Shown here piece by piece: positions 31,212 through 40,717 of a DNA stretch of 42,526 bases. Under the pieces are notes generated by a model that ran no database searches, was not told the DNA's origin, and saw nothing but the letters and a program-made list of their open reading frames with translations. Numbering within the stretch: position 1 is the first letter of the stretch; each line of letters starts with the position of its first letter. The DNA is from Pelistega sp. (GTDB taxonomy: Bacteria > Pseudomonadota > Gammaproteobacteria > Burkholderiales > Burkholderiaceae_B), in contig JAXECN010000147.1 in NCBI GenBank assembly GCA_034093535.1, positions 1 through 42,526 of the forward strand. The letters run 5' to 3'. A program made the translations under genes and the position numbers.

Positions 31212-33527
31212 TTAGATACGCTCCACAGTTAATTGGGCATAGGCACTACCTAGAGCCACAGTTTCCTCAAATCCTTGTGCTAAGCGAATAGTGTTGTCCG
31301 CTAAGTTATTATCAAGCGCAACAACGAATTCACCCTCACCAGAAGCTGACTTCACTTTTACTTTGTCGCCATCCACGACTTGTAAATTAGACAGTGTTGC
31401 TGCATTCATACGCGCTTTTGGTGCACGGCTAATTTCAGTCGCTTGTAATGACTCTGCACGGCGAACAATCGCATCAGTACGATAAATCGCTACCTCAGCA
31501 ACACGCTCAAGACCAGTCGCTGCTGGTGCACGACGCACCTCTTGACCCAATACAGTCACTTTGTTATTTAACTTAGCACTGATACCAGAACCAATCACTT
31601 CGTCTCGAACTTGCTCTGAAGACTCTTGTTCAAAGCCGCTAAAATGCAATACATTGCCTAATACGCGGAGGACCTTCCACGCTGGACGTGCTTGACCTTG
31701 GGCTGGCACCACACCTTTGAAGCTCTGAGGACGACCCTCAGCATTGATAAAGGTACCTGATGTCTCTGCAAACGTCGCCACAGGCAACATCACTTTTGCC
31801 CAAGCTGCTGCTGCCGATTTATAAGCCGTAAATGCTACTGAGAAAGCATTGGATAACGTTTTCTCAGCCGCTAAACCATTGTCCATATCAAAACGTGGCT
31901 CAGCATTTAAAACAAGGTAAGCTTTTAATTGGTTTTCAACCATTTGTTTAGCACTTAAACCAGCACCTTGCGCAACCGCACCAACAACATAAGCACCAAC
32001 TGTATTAGCGCCAGCCGTTAAGAAACCTAATGTTGCACCATAAGCGTCAGCGAGTTCTTGTGCTTTCGCCGCAATTTGACTTGCGTCTGGTGCCGCCACG
32101 GCAGCATTGCCTAGGAATACTGCCGGTTTGCTACCACCCACCAATTGTGCTGCAAGTGCTTGCACTGGGTCATTCAAATCAGCAGCAGCACCTGCTTTTT
32201 GAGCAGCTACCGCTTTAGCAACAGCTTCTACCGTATTCGCTAACACTGACGGTGCTACTGTTAAACGAGCCGCTACTGGGAATAAAGGATCCTCTCCGTA
32301 GCTATCAATCAGTGTAATACGAGCACCTTTCTTAGCAACTTGACGTAGGCGTTGTGCCATTAATGGGTGATCTTTGCGTAGATTAGAACCAATCACCACA
32401 ACGCCATCCACGCTATCAAGGTCGTTAATTGACATACCCAACCAAGCAGCACCAGCTGTTGCACGAGCAAAATTAGCATCCGCATTGCGTAATAAAGCGT
32501 CAACGTTATTTGAACCTAAACCGTTCATCACGCGTTTTAAGAGCGTCAACTCTTCAAGTGTTGATGTCTCTGAGGCTAAAGCACCGATGTACTCTGCACC
32601 ATCATGTTGGGCAATTTGACCTAAAGCGTCACCAACAACTTTAAGAGCATCTTGCCAGCTCACTTCACGCCATACATTGTTCTCGTCACGCACCATCGGT
32701 ACAGTCAAGCGGTCCTCAACATTAAGACCCTCATATGACCAACGATCTTTGTCGCTAATCCAACACTCATTGACGTCTTCATTTTCAAAAGGCACCACAC
32801 GCATAACTTTGTCGCCTTTGACTTGAACGACCAAGTTAGCACCTAAACTATCGTGTGGACTGACCGAACGACGACGTGCTAATTCCCATGTACGTGCTGA
32901 ATAACGGAATGGCTTAGATGTCAAGGCACCTACAGGACAAATATCAATCATATTGCCCGATAACTCTGACTCAACCGCTTTACCAACAAAAGAAGTAATC
33001 TCAGAATGTTCGCCGCGATTTAGCATGCCTAATTCCATCTGACCTGCCACTTCTTGTCCGAAACGAACACAGCGTGTACATTGGATACAGCGCGACATCT
33101 CTTCTGCAGAAACCAATGGTCCCATCGATTTGTGCATCACTACACGTTTTTCTTCTTTGTAGCGAGAGCTTGTTTTACCATAACCTACCGCGAGGTCTTG
33201 TAGCTGACACTCACCACCTTGGTCACAGATTGGACAATCTAATGGGTGGTTAATGAGTAGGAATTCCATCACTGCTTCTTGAGCAGCTTTAGCTTTTTCT
33301 GAATTTGTATGAACCACCATACCTTGTGTGACAGGTGTTGCACAAGCAGGTAGTGCTTTAGGTGCCTTTTCCACCTCTACTAAACACATACGACAGTTAG
33401 CTGCAATAGATAACTTTTTGTGATAGCAGAAATGTGGCACATAAATACCAAGTTCGTTAGCGGCATGCATCACCATGCTGCCATCAGGAACTGATACGGT
33501 TTTACCATCAATAGTTAATTCAACCAT
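31212..33527 (-). CDS. nuoG: NADH-quinone oxidoreductase subunit G
   Basis: PHFCYH...[38 protein letters not shown]. Confidence 0.98.
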   Translation of the reverse strand: MVELTIDGKTVSVPDGSMVMHAANELGIYVPHFCYHKKLSIAANCRMCLVEVEKAPKALPACATPVTQGMVVHTNSEKAKAAQEAVMEFLLINHPLDCPICDQGGECQLQDLAVGYGKTSSRYKEEKRVVMHKSMGPLVSAEEMSRCIQCTRCVRFGQEVAGQMELGMLNRGEHSEITSFVGKAVESELSGNMIDICPVGALTSKPFRYSARTWELARRRSVSPHDSLGANLVVQVKGDKVMRVVPFENEDVNECWISDKDRWSYEGLNVEDRLTVPMVRDENNVWREVSWQDALKVVGDALGQIAQHDGAEYIGALASETSTLEELTLLKRVMNGLGSNNVDALLRNADANFARATAGAAWLGMSINDLDSVDGVVVIGSNLRKDHPLMAQRLRQVAKKGARITLIDSYGEDPLFPVAARLTVAPSVLANTVEAVAKAVAAQKAGAAADLNDPVQALAAQLVGGSKPAVFLGNAAVAAPDASQIAAKAQELADAYGATLGFLTAGANTVGAYVVGAVAQGAGLSAKQMVENQLKAYLVLNAEPRFDMDNGLAAEKTLSNAFSVAFTAYKSAAAAWAKVMLPVATFAETSGTFINAEGRPQSFKGVVPAQGQARPAWKVLRVLGNVLHFSGFEQESSEQVRDEVIGSGISAKLNNKVTVLGQEVRRAPAATGLERVAEVAIYRTDAIVRRAESLQATEISRAPKARMNAATLSNLQVVDGDKVKVKSASGEGEFVVALDNNLADNTIRLAQGFEETVALGSAYAQLTVERI

Positions 33528-33536
33528 TATTCTGAC

Positions 33537-34895
33537 CTATTTATATGGAGCTACCACACATTTCTTATTCTCAATGTGGTAAGCAAATTCATCACGATAA
33601 TGTTTTAAGAAGCCACGCACTGGCATAGCTGCCGCATCACCTAGCGCACAAATTGTACGACCCATAATGTTGCCGGCAATGGTATCTAACATATCTAAGT
33701 CTTCTTGACGACCTTGACCATGTTCAATACGATTAACTACGCGGTATAACCAACCTGTACCCTCACGACAAGGTGTACATTGGCCACAGCTTTCTTCATA
33801 GTAGAAATACGATAGACGTAGTAAAGATTTCACCATACAACGTGTATCATTCATCACGATAACCGCACCTGAACCTAACATCGACCCGGCTTTAGAAATC
33901 GAGTCATAGTCCATCGTCAAGTCCATCATAATATCGCCTGGAATCACTGGCGCACTTGAACCACCCGGAATAACAGCTTTTAGTTTGCTGCCATCACGCA
34001 TACCACCCGCTAACTCTAACAAAGTAGAGAATGATGTGCCTAATGGAATCTCGTAAGTGCCTGGACGCTCTACGTCACCAGAGATTGAGAATAGTTTTGT
34101 ACCGCCATTATTAGGGATACCTACATCCGCGTAAGCCTGACCGCCATTGCGAATAATCCATGGAACGGCTGCAAACGTTTCTGTATTGTTAATGGTCGTA
34201 GGCTTACCATATAGACCAAAACTGGCTGGGAATGGTGGTTTAAAGCGAGGTTGACCTTTTTTACCCTCAAGCGACTCTAATAAACCTGTTTCTTCACCAC
34301 AAACATAAGCCCCATAACCATGGTGAGCATGTAATTGGAAACTAAAGTCAGTCCCTAAGATATTATTTCCTAGGAAACCCGCTGCACGAGCCTCAGCTAA
34401 AGCTTCTTCGAAACGTTGGTAAATTTCAAAAATCTCACCGTGGATATAGTTATAGCCTGCACTCACGCCCATCGCATAGCCAGCAATAATCATACCCTCA
34501 ATTACAGCATGCGGATTAAAACGCAAAATATCGCGGTCTTTGAATGTGCCTGGCTCACCCTCGTCTGAGTTACAGACGATATATTTCTGACCTGGAAATG
34601 AGCGTGGCATAAAGCTCCACTTCAAACCTGTCGGGAAACCTGCACCACCACGTCCACGTAAACCTGATGTTTTCACTTCAGCGATGACCTCTTCTTGAGT
34701 CATGCCTGTTGTTAGAATTTTGCGTAAAGCCTCGTAACCACCACGTTTGATATAGTCATCAATATGCCAGTTATCGCCATTTAAATCCGCTAAGATTTGC
34801 GGTTTAATGTGACGACCATGCAAAGCCATACTTGTCGCTAAATCATTACCTGGGTTAGGTACCAAGCCTTGCGAGTATTTACTTAGAAAACTCAT
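33537..34895 (-). CDS. nuoF: NADH-quinone oxidoreductase subunit F
   Basis: [50 protein letters not shown]. Confidence 0.98.
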   Translation of the reverse strand: MSFLSKYSQGLVPNPGNDLATSMALHGRHIKPQILADLNGDNWHIDDYIKRGGYEALRKILTTGMTQEEVIAEVKTSGLRGRGGAGFPTGLKWSFMPRSFPGQKYIVCNSDEGEPGTFKDRDILRFNPHAVIEGMIIAGYAMGVSAGYNYIHGEIFEIYQRFEEALAEARAAGFLGNNILGTDFSFQLHAHHGYGAYVCGEETGLLESLEGKKGQPRFKPPFPASFGLYGKPTTINNTETFAAVPWIIRNGGQAYADVGIPNNGGTKLFSISGDVERPGTYEIPLGTSFSTLLELAGGMRDGSKLKAVIPGGSSAPVIPGDIMMDLTMDYDSISKAGSMLGSGAVIVMNDTRCMVKSLLRLSYFYYEESCGQCTPCREGTGWLYRVVNRIEHGQGRQEDLDMLDTIAGNIMGRTICALGDAAAMPVRGFLKHYRDEFAYHIENKKCVVAPYK

Positions 34896-35383
34896 GCTTG
34901 CCCCTCTTTGCGAATATCCGCTAACATCTCATCGATACGCTCTTTTGACATACGTACACACATATGATGATTATTAACCAGTAATACTGGTGCATCGCCA
35001 CAGGCACCCATGCACTCACCCTCTTTTAGGGTAATCAAGCCATCTGCTGTGGTTTCATTTACATCAATACCTAATTGTTCTTTTAGGTAATCTAGTGTTT
35101 TTTCACCGTCACGTAATGCACAAGGTAAATTTGTACATACTGTCACCTTAAAGCGACCTGTTGGTTTTAAATCGTACATATTGTAGAACGTCGCTACTTC
35201 TTGTACCGCAATCGGTGGCATACCGATATACTTGGCGAGATCATCAATAATCTCAGCAGAAACCCAACCTTTTTCAGTTTGCGCAATACGCAACGCTGAC
35301 ATGACGGCAGATTGACGTTGGTCAGCAGGATATTTAGCCAACTCAATATCAATCAATTTATAAGCCTGTTCTGAAAGCAACAT
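34892..35383 (-). CDS. nuoE: NADH-quinone oxidoreductase subunit E (start likely ATG 35383, MLLSEQ)
   Basis: [25 protein letters not shown]. Confidence 0.96.
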   Translation of the reverse strand: MLLSEQAYKLIDIELAKYPADQRQSAVMSALRIAQTEKGWVSAEIIDDLAKYIGMPPIAVQEVATFYNMYDLKPTGRFKVTVCTNLPCALRDGEKTLDYLKEQLGIDVNETTADGLITLKEGECMGACGDAPVLLVNNHHMCVRMSKERIDEMLADIRKEGQA

Positions 35384-35412
35384 ATTTATTGTTCCAATTA
35401 ATACCACTACAA

Positions 35413-36669
35413 TTAGCGGTCAATTTCACCAAACACGATATCCTGAGTACCAATAATGGTTACAGCATCGGCTAACATATGACCACGAGACATTTCGTCT
35501 AGTGATTGTAGATGTACAAAGCCAGGAGCACGAATTTTTAAGCGATAAGGCTTATTCGCACCGTCAGATACCATATAAATACCAAACTCACCTTTTGGAT
35601 GTTCCACTGCTGAGTAAACCTCACCAGCTGGAACAGAGTACCCTTCTGTGAAGAGTTTGAAGTGGTGAATTAAGTCTTCCATCCCTGTTTTCATATCCAC
35701 ACGTTTTGGTGGCGCCACTTTGTGGTCATCCGTGATAACAGGACCAGGATTATTTTTGAGCCAATGTACACATTGCGCGATGATGCGGTTACTTTCACGC
35801 ATCTCAGCGATACGTACTAAATAGCGGTCGTAACAGTCACCATTAACGCCCACAGGGACATTAAACTCTAAACGATCATAAACTTCATAAGGTTGCTTGC
35901 GACGTAAGTCCCATTCGATACCAGAACCACGCAACATCACACCAGAGAAACCGAGTGCTTTTGCTCGTTCTGGCTCAACCACACCAATACCTACTAGACG
36001 CTGTTTCCAGATACGGTTATCTGTCAATAATGTCTCGTACTCGTCAACACATTTAGGGAAACGCTTAGTAAAGTCTTCAATGAAATCTAATAAAGAACCT
36101 TCACGGTTAGCATTCAGACGCTTCATCTCTCGTACACTACGGTACTTAGAGTCAATCTCATGCTTAGGCATCGTGTCAGGTAAATCACGATATACACCAC
36201 CCGGACGATAGTAAGCCGCGTGCATACGTGCACCAGAAACGGCTTCATAGCAATCCATCAAGTCTTCACGCTCACGGAAGGCATATAACATCACTGCCAT
36301 TGCGCCCACGTCAAGGGCATGTGTACCTACACTCATCAAGTGATTGAGAATACGTGTAATCTCATCAAACATGACACGGATATACTGTGCTCGTAATGGC
36401 ACTTCAATACCCATCAAACGTTCAATCGCCATTACATACGCGTGTTCATTGCTCAACATCGATACATAATCTAGGCGATCCATGTAAGGCAATGCTTGTA
36501 AGAATGTTTTGTGTTCTGCTAATTTCTCAGTACCACGGTGTAATAGACCGATATGCGGATCCGCACGTTGAATCACCTCACCGTTTAATTCGAGAATCAA
36601 ACGTAATACACCGTGAGCGGCAGGGTGTTGCGGACCAAAGTTAAGGGTATAGCTTTTAATATCTGACAT
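35413..36669 (-). CDS. nuoD: NADH-quinone oxidoreductase subunit D
   Basis: [33 protein letters not shown]. Confidence 0.98.
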   Translation of the reverse strand: MSDIKSYTLNFGPQHPAAHGVLRLILELNGEVIQRADPHIGLLHRGTEKLAEHKTFLQALPYMDRLDYVSMLSNEHAYVMAIERLMGIEVPLRAQYIRVMFDEITRILNHLMSVGTHALDVGAMAVMLYAFREREDLMDCYEAVSGARMHAAYYRPGGVYRDLPDTMPKHEIDSKYRSVREMKRLNANREGSLLDFIEDFTKRFPKCVDEYETLLTDNRIWKQRLVGIGVVEPERAKALGFSGVMLRGSGIEWDLRRKQPYEVYDRLEFNVPVGVNGDCYDRYLVRIAEMRESNRIIAQCVHWLKNNPGPVITDDHKVAPPKRVDMKTGMEDLIHHFKLFTEGYSVPAGEVYSAVEHPKGEFGIYMVSDGANKPYRLKIRAPGFVHLQSLDEMSRGHMLADAVTIIGTQDIVFGEIDR

Positions 36670-36672
36670 AAT

Positions 36673-37281
36673 CTAGCGTCCTACTCCATAGCCCTCTTCA
36701 CGAATCACTCGTGGCGTAATCTCACGAGGTTCGATGGTGACTGGTTGATAAACAACGCGTTGACTATCCTCGTCATAACGCATCTCAACATAACCTGATA
36801 ATGGGAAGTCCTTACGGAAAGGATGTCCGATAAAGCCATAATCAGTAAGGATACGGCGTAGGTCTGGGTGACCCTCAAAAATAATACCGAACATATCAAA
36901 AGCTTCTCGCTCAAACCAACCTAAGCTCGGCCATACATCAAATAATGTTGGCAACATAGGCATATCGTCATTGGGCGCAAAAGTACGCACACGTAGACGC
37001 CAGTTATGTTTGACTGATAATAGATGAACAACTGCCGCAAAACGACCCGGGAAAGGCGTCTTAGGACCGTGACCTGGTAAACCATAGGTTGAATAATCAA
37101 CACCTGCCAAATCTACCGCCACATCAAACGCTAATAAAGGGTCATCACGTAAGCTAGTACAGACTTTAACCCATTGTTCTGCAGGGATTTCTAATGTAAT
37201 CTCACCACACTTTTCAACCATAGGAAAGGTATCCCCTAGGCGATCAAGTAGGTTTTTCTTAAGAGTTTCTAAACGCGTCAT
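36673..37281 (-). CDS. nuoC: NADH-quinone oxidoreductase subunit C
   Basis: [38 protein letters not shown]. Confidence 0.97.
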   Translation of the reverse strand: MTRLETLKKNLLDRLGDTFPMVEKCGEITLEIPAEQWVKVCTSLRDDPLLAFDVAVDLAGVDYSTYGLPGHGPKTPFPGRFAAVVHLLSVKHNWRLRVRTFAPNDDMPMLPTLFDVWPSLGWFEREAFDMFGIIFEGHPDLRRILTDYGFIGHPFRKDFPLSGYVEMRYDEDSQRVVYQPVTIEPREITPRVIREEGYGVGR

Positions 37282-37311
37282 ATTGATACCGTATAAGTAA
37301 GCCTGCCAATA

Positions 37312-37803
37312 CTATGCTTCGCGAGCAATCGTATTAGTACGACGAATTTTATTTTGTAATTGCAATAAACCATAAACCAAGGCTTCCGCCGTTGGTGGAC
37401 AACCTGGCACATAAATATCAACAGGGACAACGCGATCACAGCCACGTACGACTGAGTATGAATAGTGGTAATAACCACCACCGTTTGCACAGGAACCCAT
37501 AGACACCACCCAACGTGGCTCCGCCATCTGATCGTATACTTTGCGGAGTGCTGGTGCCATCTTATTACATAGCGTACCCGCCACAATCATCACATCTGAC
37601 TGACGTGGACTAGGACGGAAAATAATACCGAATTGGTCTAAGTCATAGCGAGCAGCACCTGCATGCATCATCTCAACTGCACAGCAGGCCAAACCGAATG
37701 TCATCGGCCACATAGAACCAGTTTTTACCCAGTTCATTACGGCATCGGTACTCGTGACCAGAAAACCTTTGTTATTTAATTGTTCTTCCATAATTTGCTT
37801 CAC
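37312..37803 (-). CDS. nuoB: NADH-quinone oxidoreductase subunit B (start GTG 37803 or ATG 37791)
   Basis: [33 protein letters not shown]. Confidence 0.98.
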   Translation of the reverse strand: MKQIMEEQLNNKGFLVTSTDAVMNWVKTGSMWPMTFGLACCAVEMMHAGAARYDLDQFGIIFRPSPRQSDVMIVAGTLCNKMAPALRKVYDQMAEPRWVVSMGSCANGGGYYHYSYSVVRGCDRVVPVDIYVPGCPPTAEALVYGLLQLQNKIRRTNTIAREA

Positions 37804-37813
37804 TTAGAAAAGA

Positions 37814-38173
37814 TTAATCCCAGTCTAATGCACCTTTTTTCCATTCGTAGATGAAACCCGCTGTCAAAATGACCAAAAACAGCATCGCTGTTGCAAAGCC
37901 AACAATACCGACATGACCATTTGCAATTGCCCATGGGAATAGGAATGCCAATTCCAAATCAAAAAGAATGAAAAGAATAGCGACTAAGTAGTAACGCACA
38001 TCAAAACGCATACGTGCGTCTTCAAATGCTTCAAAACCACATTCGTAGGGAGAGTTCTTTTCGCTACCCGGTTTGCGAGGACCTAGGAAAGAGCCTGCAA
38101 ATAGTAGGAAACAGCCTAACCCCGTAGCCACAAGGATAAACAGTAATACTGGTAAATATTCAGCAACATTCAT
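37814..38173 (-). CDS. nuoA: NADH-quinone oxidoreductase subunit A (start ATG 38173)
   Basis: [39 protein letters not shown] upstream of ATG 38173. Confidence 0.97.
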   Translation of the reverse strand: MNVAEYLPVLLFILVATGLGCFLLFAGSFLGPRKPGSEKNSPYECGFEAFEDARMRFDVRYYLVAILFILFDLELAFLFPWAIANGHVGIVGFATAMLFLVILTAGFIYEWKKGALDWD

Positions 38174-38224
38174 GTTAAAGCCGCCTAAATTCAAGAGATG
38201 AAAAAGAAGTTTATAAACTGGTAG

Positions 38225-38233
38225 ATTGTATCA
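38225..38233 (-). promoter_or_regulatory. Putative extended -10 (TGaTACAAT) of the nuo operon
   Basis: The reverse complement of attgtatca is TGATACAAT, about 50 nt upstream of nuoA. Confidence 0.45.
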
Positions 38234-38430
38234 CTTCAGAGAGAAGAATTTGAAACCCAGTGATAATAATTTCAATATTTTTTTATTTCTGTTGCTTTCT
38301 GTAACAAATAGCTCTGAACGAATTACCCCCCTCTTAAACCCACCTAACAAAAACCTTCAACCTAGTATTTACCCTAATAACCCACAAAAAATGTTTCCTG
38401 TTTTTTACATTCTTGATTAGAATATCATCT

Positions 38431-38467
38431 GGTTCATTAAATAAACTATCGGTTTTATAGGTAAACC
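38431..38467 (+). promoter_or_regulatory. Tandem palindromic operators upstream of the IclR gene
   Basis: GGTTCATTAAATAAACT (38431-47) and GGTTTTATAGGTAAACC (38451-67), 20 bp apart, just downstream of TAGAAT (38418-23). Confidence 0.55.
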
Positions 38468-38469
38468 AA

Positions 38470-39204
38470 ATGACAACAAATATTGATAGCCTTTCACAAG
38501 CTCTTCAACTTCTCCAAGTCGTTGCAGATCATCCGAATACCGGCTTAAGTGAGTTAGCGCGTATTAGTGGTCTGAATAAGTCACGTGCTTATCGTATGTT
38601 GTGCACACTAGCAGCGCACAACTTTGTCATCCAAAATGAAAATAGCACTTACCAACTCGGCTATCAGTTACTGACCTTAGGACATATTGCAAAATCACAA
38701 TCTAGTTGGCTAACTGTTGCTGAATCAGTGCTTGAGCCCTTGGTGAATGAATTTAATGAAAACCTACAAATCCGTATTCGTGAGAATTTAGAAATTGTTC
38801 AGGTGTGGCGTCGCGTTTCTTCACAACCATTGCAAGTACGTAGCGAGGCAGGAAATCGTCGCCCTTTGGGTGCCGGTGCAGCAGGTAAAGTCTTACTCGC
38901 TTTTGCCACAGAAGACATCCAACGAGCGTTTTTTAGTACACAAACAGCGGCCCAAACATCAGACTTACAAGAAAAAATAGCCCTCACAAAACAACAAGGC
39001 TTTTATATCTCCAAAGGCGACCTCACCGAAGGTGTCTGTGCTATCGCCATCCCTCTTCGTGATATGCATGGAGAGTGTATTGCCTGTTTAAGTCTAAGCG
39101 CCCCCATTAGTCGCATGCCCGAAGAAAGAATCCAATATATGTTGAGTCGATTAAAAGAAGTTGCTCGCGAATTCTTTATCCGACTCGGCGGACAAACCCC
39201 CTAA
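38470..39204 (+). CDS. IclR-family transcriptional regulator
   Basis: N-terminal HTH (LSELARISGLNKSRAYRML.TL, YQLG). The effector domain has G..RPL.AGAAGKVLLAF and GV.AIA.PL......ACLSLSAP..R. Confidence 0.95.
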   Translation: MTTNIDSLSQALQLLQVVADHPNTGLSELARISGLNKSRAYRMLCTLAAHNFVIQNENSTYQLGYQLLTLGHIAKSQSSWLTVAESVLEPLVNEFNENLQIRIRENLEIVQVWRRVSSQPLQVRSEAGNRRPLGAGAAGKVLLAFATEDIQRAFFSTQTAAQTSDLQEKIALTKQQGFYISKGDLTEGVCAIAIPLRDMHGECIACLSLSAPISRMPEERIQYMLSRLKEVAREFFIRLGGQTP

Positions 39205-39248
39205 AACCTTTAACTTTAAAAATAGTGATTATTAAATAGGAGATCATC

Positions 39249-40655
39249 ATGGCAGAAGCCGCAGCTCAAAAGAAAAAAGGCTCGATGAATCCAGTAATTA
39301 TTATGCTTAGCATCGTAATTATGGCGACATTGCTGACTTTCTTCCTCCCTTCAGGACAATACCAACGTGATGGCAAATTAGTCGTACCGGGTAGTTATTC
39401 GCAAATTGAAAAACCCATTGAAGCCGCTAACGTTATCTCTGCAGCACTTGTAGAAACACCAAAAGGTCAAGCGGCTGCCGTAGGTATCGCGGACATGCTA
39501 GAAGCTGTACCAGCAGGTATTGCTAAACAAAGCGGTCTTATCTTCATGGTACTGTTCATCGGTGGTATGTTTGGTATTTTGAATAAGAGCGGTGCTATTG
39601 AAGCAGGCTTAGAGCGGGCATTAGGTCTGACACGAGGTAATATTTATATCCTCATCCCTGTCCTAATGTTAATTTTCTCGGCAGGTAGTACCTTTATGGG
39701 ACTTGCCAAGGAATACTTACTGGTTATTCCAATGGTGATTGCGCTGACAACACGTTTAGGCTTTAGTTCTATGTTAGGTCTAGCGATTGTTACATTAGCG
39801 GTAAAAGTCGGTTATCTAGCATCGATTACTAACCCTTATGCACTTTCTGTTGCTCAACCATTATTAGGTCTGCCTGTATTTAGTGGCTTAAGCATGCGTA
39901 TTGTGACTTATTTCGTCATGATGGGCTTATGTATCGCTTTCCTTATTTGGCGTGTTCGTCAAGAAATTGCGGGTGGCGTATCAACACAAAAAATTGAATT
40001 TGATAGCAAACCTCTATCAGGTCAACACTTTGCGATGATTCTCGTGCTTGTTGTAGGCATCATTTTCCTCGTCTATGCTTCTCACACTTGGAAGTGGAAA
40101 AATAGCTCGCTATCAGCTTACTACATGTTCTTAAGTATTGTATTTGCAGCAATTGCACGCTTTAGCCCAAGTGAAGCAGCAGACGCCTTTGTCTCAGGCA
40201 TGAAAAAAGTGCTGATTGCCGCCGTATTAATCGGCTTAGCCACAGCTGTAGCTATCGTCTTAGAAAAAGGTAAAGTGCTCGATACCATCATCTACTATTT
40301 AGTGGCACTTGTTGGTGAGTCTAGCCCATACACGGCGACCTATAGCATGTTCTTCTCTCAATTATTATTAGACATTGCTATTCCTTCTACTTCAGGACAA
40401 GCGGCTGTAACTATGCCAATCATGGGACCTGTCGGTCAATTATCAGGTGTATCACCACAGACCACTATTCTTGCTTTCTTAATGGGTAATGGTTTAACCA
40501 ATGTGATTACACCAACATCAAGTGGCTTATTAATCTTCTTAGCAACCGCTCAAATCGGCTGGGGTCAATGGGCTCGCTATGTATGGCCACTTATCATTCT
40601 ACTTGCCATTGCAGCCATTGTCTTATTGACAGTGGCAGTCAATATCGGTTATTAA
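39249..40655 (+). CDS. YfcC/ArcD-like (DcuC superfamily) secondary transporter
   Basis: LTF.LPSGQYQR, LFIGGMFGIL..SGAI, NPY...AQ...GLPVFSG, IPSTSGQAAVTMPIM.P, GNGLTN.ITPT. About 12 TM segments; AGGAG SD. Confidence 0.88.
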   Translation: MAEAAAQKKKGSMNPVIIMLSIVIMATLLTFFLPSGQYQRDGKLVVPGSYSQIEKPIEAANVISAALVETPKGQAAAVGIADMLEAVPAGIAKQSGLIFMVLFIGGMFGILNKSGAIEAGLERALGLTRGNIYILIPVLMLIFSAGSTFMGLAKEYLLVIPMVIALTTRLGFSSMLGLAIVTLAVKVGYLASITNPYALSVAQPLLGLPVFSGLSMRIVTYFVMMGLCIAFLIWRVRQEIAGGVSTQKIEFDSKPLSGQHFAMILVLVVGIIFLVYASHTWKWKNSSLSAYYMFLSIVFAAIARFSPSEAADAFVSGMKKVLIAAVLIGLATAVAIVLEKGKVLDTIIYYLVALVGESSPYTATYSMFFSQLLLDIAIPSTSGQAAVTMPIMGPVGQLSGVSPQTTILAFLMGNGLTNVITPTSSGLLIFLATAQIGWGQWARYVWPLIILLAIAAIVLLTVAVNIGY

Positions 40656-40679
40656 TTTTCTTTCAATAAACAACTCCAT

Positions 40680-40701
40680 GGGCTACTCTTCTGAGTAGCC
40701 C
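40680..40701 (+). terminator. Perfect 9-bp hairpin between the transporter and hydrolase genes
   Basis: GGGCTACTC-TTCT-GAGTAGCCC followed by TCTT (weak U-tract). Confidence 0.5.
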
Positions 40702-40717
40702 TCTTCCAAAAAAAAAT

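Noticed and set aside
38195-38469. tRNA gene, or the 64-aa ORF 38226-38420, upstream of nuoA
   Set aside because: No cloverleaf or TTCGA T-loop is visible. The ORF has a TTG start, no SD and low-complexity composition, and it overlaps promoter elements.
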